This document shows positions 62,373 through 64,000 of a DNA stretch of 64,000 nucleotides, one piece after another. Source of the stretch: Cyanobacteriota bacterium (GTDB lineage: Bacteria; Cyanobacteriota; Cyanobacteriia; Thermostichales; Thermostichaceae); assembly GCA_033764955.1 (NCBI GenBank), contig JANRIL010000005.1, positions 133,461 through 197,460 of the forward strand, read 5' to 3'. The position numbers and the translations under genes are program-made. A model generated the notes under the pieces. The model was not told the DNA's origin. It made no database searches and worked only from the letters and a program-made list of their open reading frames with translations. The first letter of the stretch is position 1. Each line of letters begins with the position of its first letter.

Positions 62373-62562
62373 TTTTCCACAAACCAAATGAACGGTGCTG
62401 GGTCAGGCAAAAATTCCTTAACCGTTATTTAACCTAGCTTATGGGATGGGGGAGTGGGGGGATCCTCAAAAAATGTATAAAAAGTAGCTGCTCCACAGAG
62501 GGAATGGGGAATACCACGGCTCAGCAACGCCCAGGGATCCCGCCATTCTCTGGGATCCCAGG

Positions 62563-62904
62563 TTAACCCCCCGATAATTTGACGGGGTAACCTAAGCCCT
62601 TGAGCAGTTCAACCAAGCGATGACGATGATCCCCCTGAATTTCGATGGTTTGCCCCTGGATGGAACCACCGGAACCGCACTGAGTTTTCAGATGTTTGGC
62701 CATCTTTTGCAGAGAAGCAGAGGTGAGTTGCCAGCCCTTGATGACGGTGACAGTTTTACCCCCGCGCCCCCCGCGTTCCCGTTGGATCTGCAAACGATGC
62801 TGTTGAGGACTGACATCCACCGCTGACTCGGCTGCTGGTTCAGTCTGATTGCCCCATTCGCTATAGACAAGGCGATCTCCTGAGGGGGGGGTTGGGCTTG
62901 ACAT
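62563..62904 (-). CDS. yciH: Translation initiation factor SUI1/YciH
   Basis: LVYSE, GRGGKTVTVI, LKTQCGSGG, IEIQGDH. Confidence 0.9.
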   Translation of the reverse strand: MSSPTPPSGDRLVYSEWGNQTEPAAESAVDVSPQQHRLQIQRERGGRGGKTVTVIKGWQLTSASLQKMAKHLKTQCGSGGSIQGQTIEIQGDHRHRLVELLKGLGYPVKLSGG

Positions 62905-62986
62905 GAGAGGGCTCCTGATAACTAGTACTGTATTCCGCAGCACGATCTCAATCTTAATGTCTGGATAAGTCTGAATTCGACCTTGG

Positions 62987-63694
62987 TTAAGGGTGGGCCA
63001 GCAGCATGGCTCCCCACCAAAACAGGCTATCCACCAGCAGGGTACTCAATACTGCCCCACTAAACGCCCACCAGGTTAACTGCTGAGTTTTCCACCCGTA
63101 ATGCAAACTCCACAACCCCACCACCAGCAACAATAGACTCAGTTCCAACGCCCAAACCATGCCCCATGGGGTCTGCATCTTATCGAGAGCGGAGAAAAAC
63201 GCGGATCCCGCCAACTCAAAGGCTTCCGCCTGCATGACCTGTCGCCATTCCGGCAACAGATGAACCGAATGAATATAAAGATCGGTTACGGCTGTGCCCA
63301 ACAGGGATCCCAGATAAAAGTATTGCCCAATCGTCGCAAAGCCCCGCCGCAACCCCCAAATCGCCAACGGCAATCCCAACGCCTCAATCGGCAAATGCCA
63401 CAACGGATCGGTACGCAGCCAGCCCCAGTAAAGGGATCCCGCCAACCATGTCAGGGTAAACCCATAGAGCAAGCTACCCCAGCGGGATCCCGCCGAAATG
63501 AAATGTAAACTCATGCCCAGCCAGGGGATGGTCAAGACCAAACTCACCCACGGGGCATAACGCACCAAAGGAGCTTGTAAAAAGACAGGAACCGACACCA
63601 AAAAAGCAGAGACGAGTGCCACCTGCAATGGGATGGGCAGAGCAAAGCGAGCGAGGGGATAGGAATCTTCCGAGAGAAAAGTTGAGGATGCCAA
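62987..63694 (-). CDS. DUF3120 family membrane protein
   Basis: FLVSVPVF.QAPLVR..PW, GSLYWGWLR..P.WHLPIEA, FYLGSL.GTA.TD. Confidence 0.85.
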   Translation of the reverse strand: MASSTFLSEDSYPLARFALPIPLQVALVSAFLVSVPVFLQAPLVRYAPWVSLVLTIPWLGMSLHFISAGSRWGSLLYGFTLTWLAGSLYWGWLRTDPLWHLPIEALGLPLAIWGLRRGFATIGQYFYLGSLLGTAVTDLYIHSVHLLPEWRQVMQAEAFELAGSAFFSALDKMQTPWGMVWALELSLLLLVVGLWSLHYGWKTQQLTWWAFSGAVLSTLLVDSLFWWGAMLLAHP

Positions 63695-63789
63695 AATGAT
63701 CGATTCAGAGACTTAACAAAGAGTAACATAAATTCCCCCTCAATGCCCCCAGGGGGGATCCCAGTTCCGGAAAATTAACTTTTTGGGGG

Positions 63790-63948
63790 TTCGGGGGGCT
63801 ATAAGTTCCGTGCTGTAGCTGTAGCTTGCTTCCCGCAGGGTAAGGTCAGCGTCGGGATGCATGGACACCCCGCGTCGTAGAGCTTCGCTCCGCCGAAGGC
63901 GTATGAGGGGTTTCTCCTGGGGAGACGCTCCGCGAACGATGCCCCGAA
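63790..63948. repeat. Structured repeat / mobile-element remnant with nested short insertions
   Basis: Bounded by TTCGGGG/CCCCGAA; contains short hairpin units flanked by GTA or CGTA direct repeats. Confidence 0.45.
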
Positions 63949-64000
63949 AATCGACAAACTATCTATCGGTTCTAACAGAAGGTGTAAATCTTTTAGAATG

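Larger units (their letters stand above)
914..63762. repeat. Highly iterated palindrome GGGATCCC (HIP1 variant), dispersed
   Basis: About 90 perfect copies by manual count versus about 1 expected by chance; many 7/8 matches as well. Confidence 0.95.

Noticed and set aside
1142..63729. Numerous short ORFs antisense to or nested in the annotated genes
   Set aside because: Shadow ORFs of well-supported genes with no independent motifs
63711..63730. RpaB/HLR1-like direct repeat (GTTACTCT-TT-GTTAAGTC, minus strand) upstream of DUF3120
   Set aside because: Too degenerate to support without conservation data

Overview
Gene-dense cyanobacterial chromosomal segment. It is probably from the early-branching Thermostichus / Yellowstone Synechococcus-like group, because the palindrome GGGATCCC occurs about 90 times by manual count while I noticed no canonical HIP1 GCGATCGC. 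Most of the window is housekeeping: trpD end, opcA, pheT, putA, btpA, pcyA, zwf, fbp, nrrA, tRNA-Arg(UCU), ictB, cobD, hup, mrdA, galE, trpG, a MacAB-like ABC exporter, upp, pmgA, infC, bcp and cobS. The main structure the ORF track does not show is a decayed integron at about 49.2-52.9 kb. It comprises a frameshifted N-terminal IntI remnant, three attC-like sites with matching cassette-boundary sequences, a PecS/PecM-like MarR+DMT cassette, a SEC-C pseudogene cassette and a quinone-oxidoreductase cassette, followed by two 94-bp MITE-like elements. Other notable items are an ETR1-like ethylene-binding hybrid kinase operon, a TIR-TPR protein, a JAB/ubiquitin-like/E1 cluster with a masked Gly-Gly, a HAD pseudo-phosphatase, a candidate sRNA, and an IS5 remnant truncated exactly at a GGGATCCC site. 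All calls come from reading the sequence and recalling protein families; no database searches were run.
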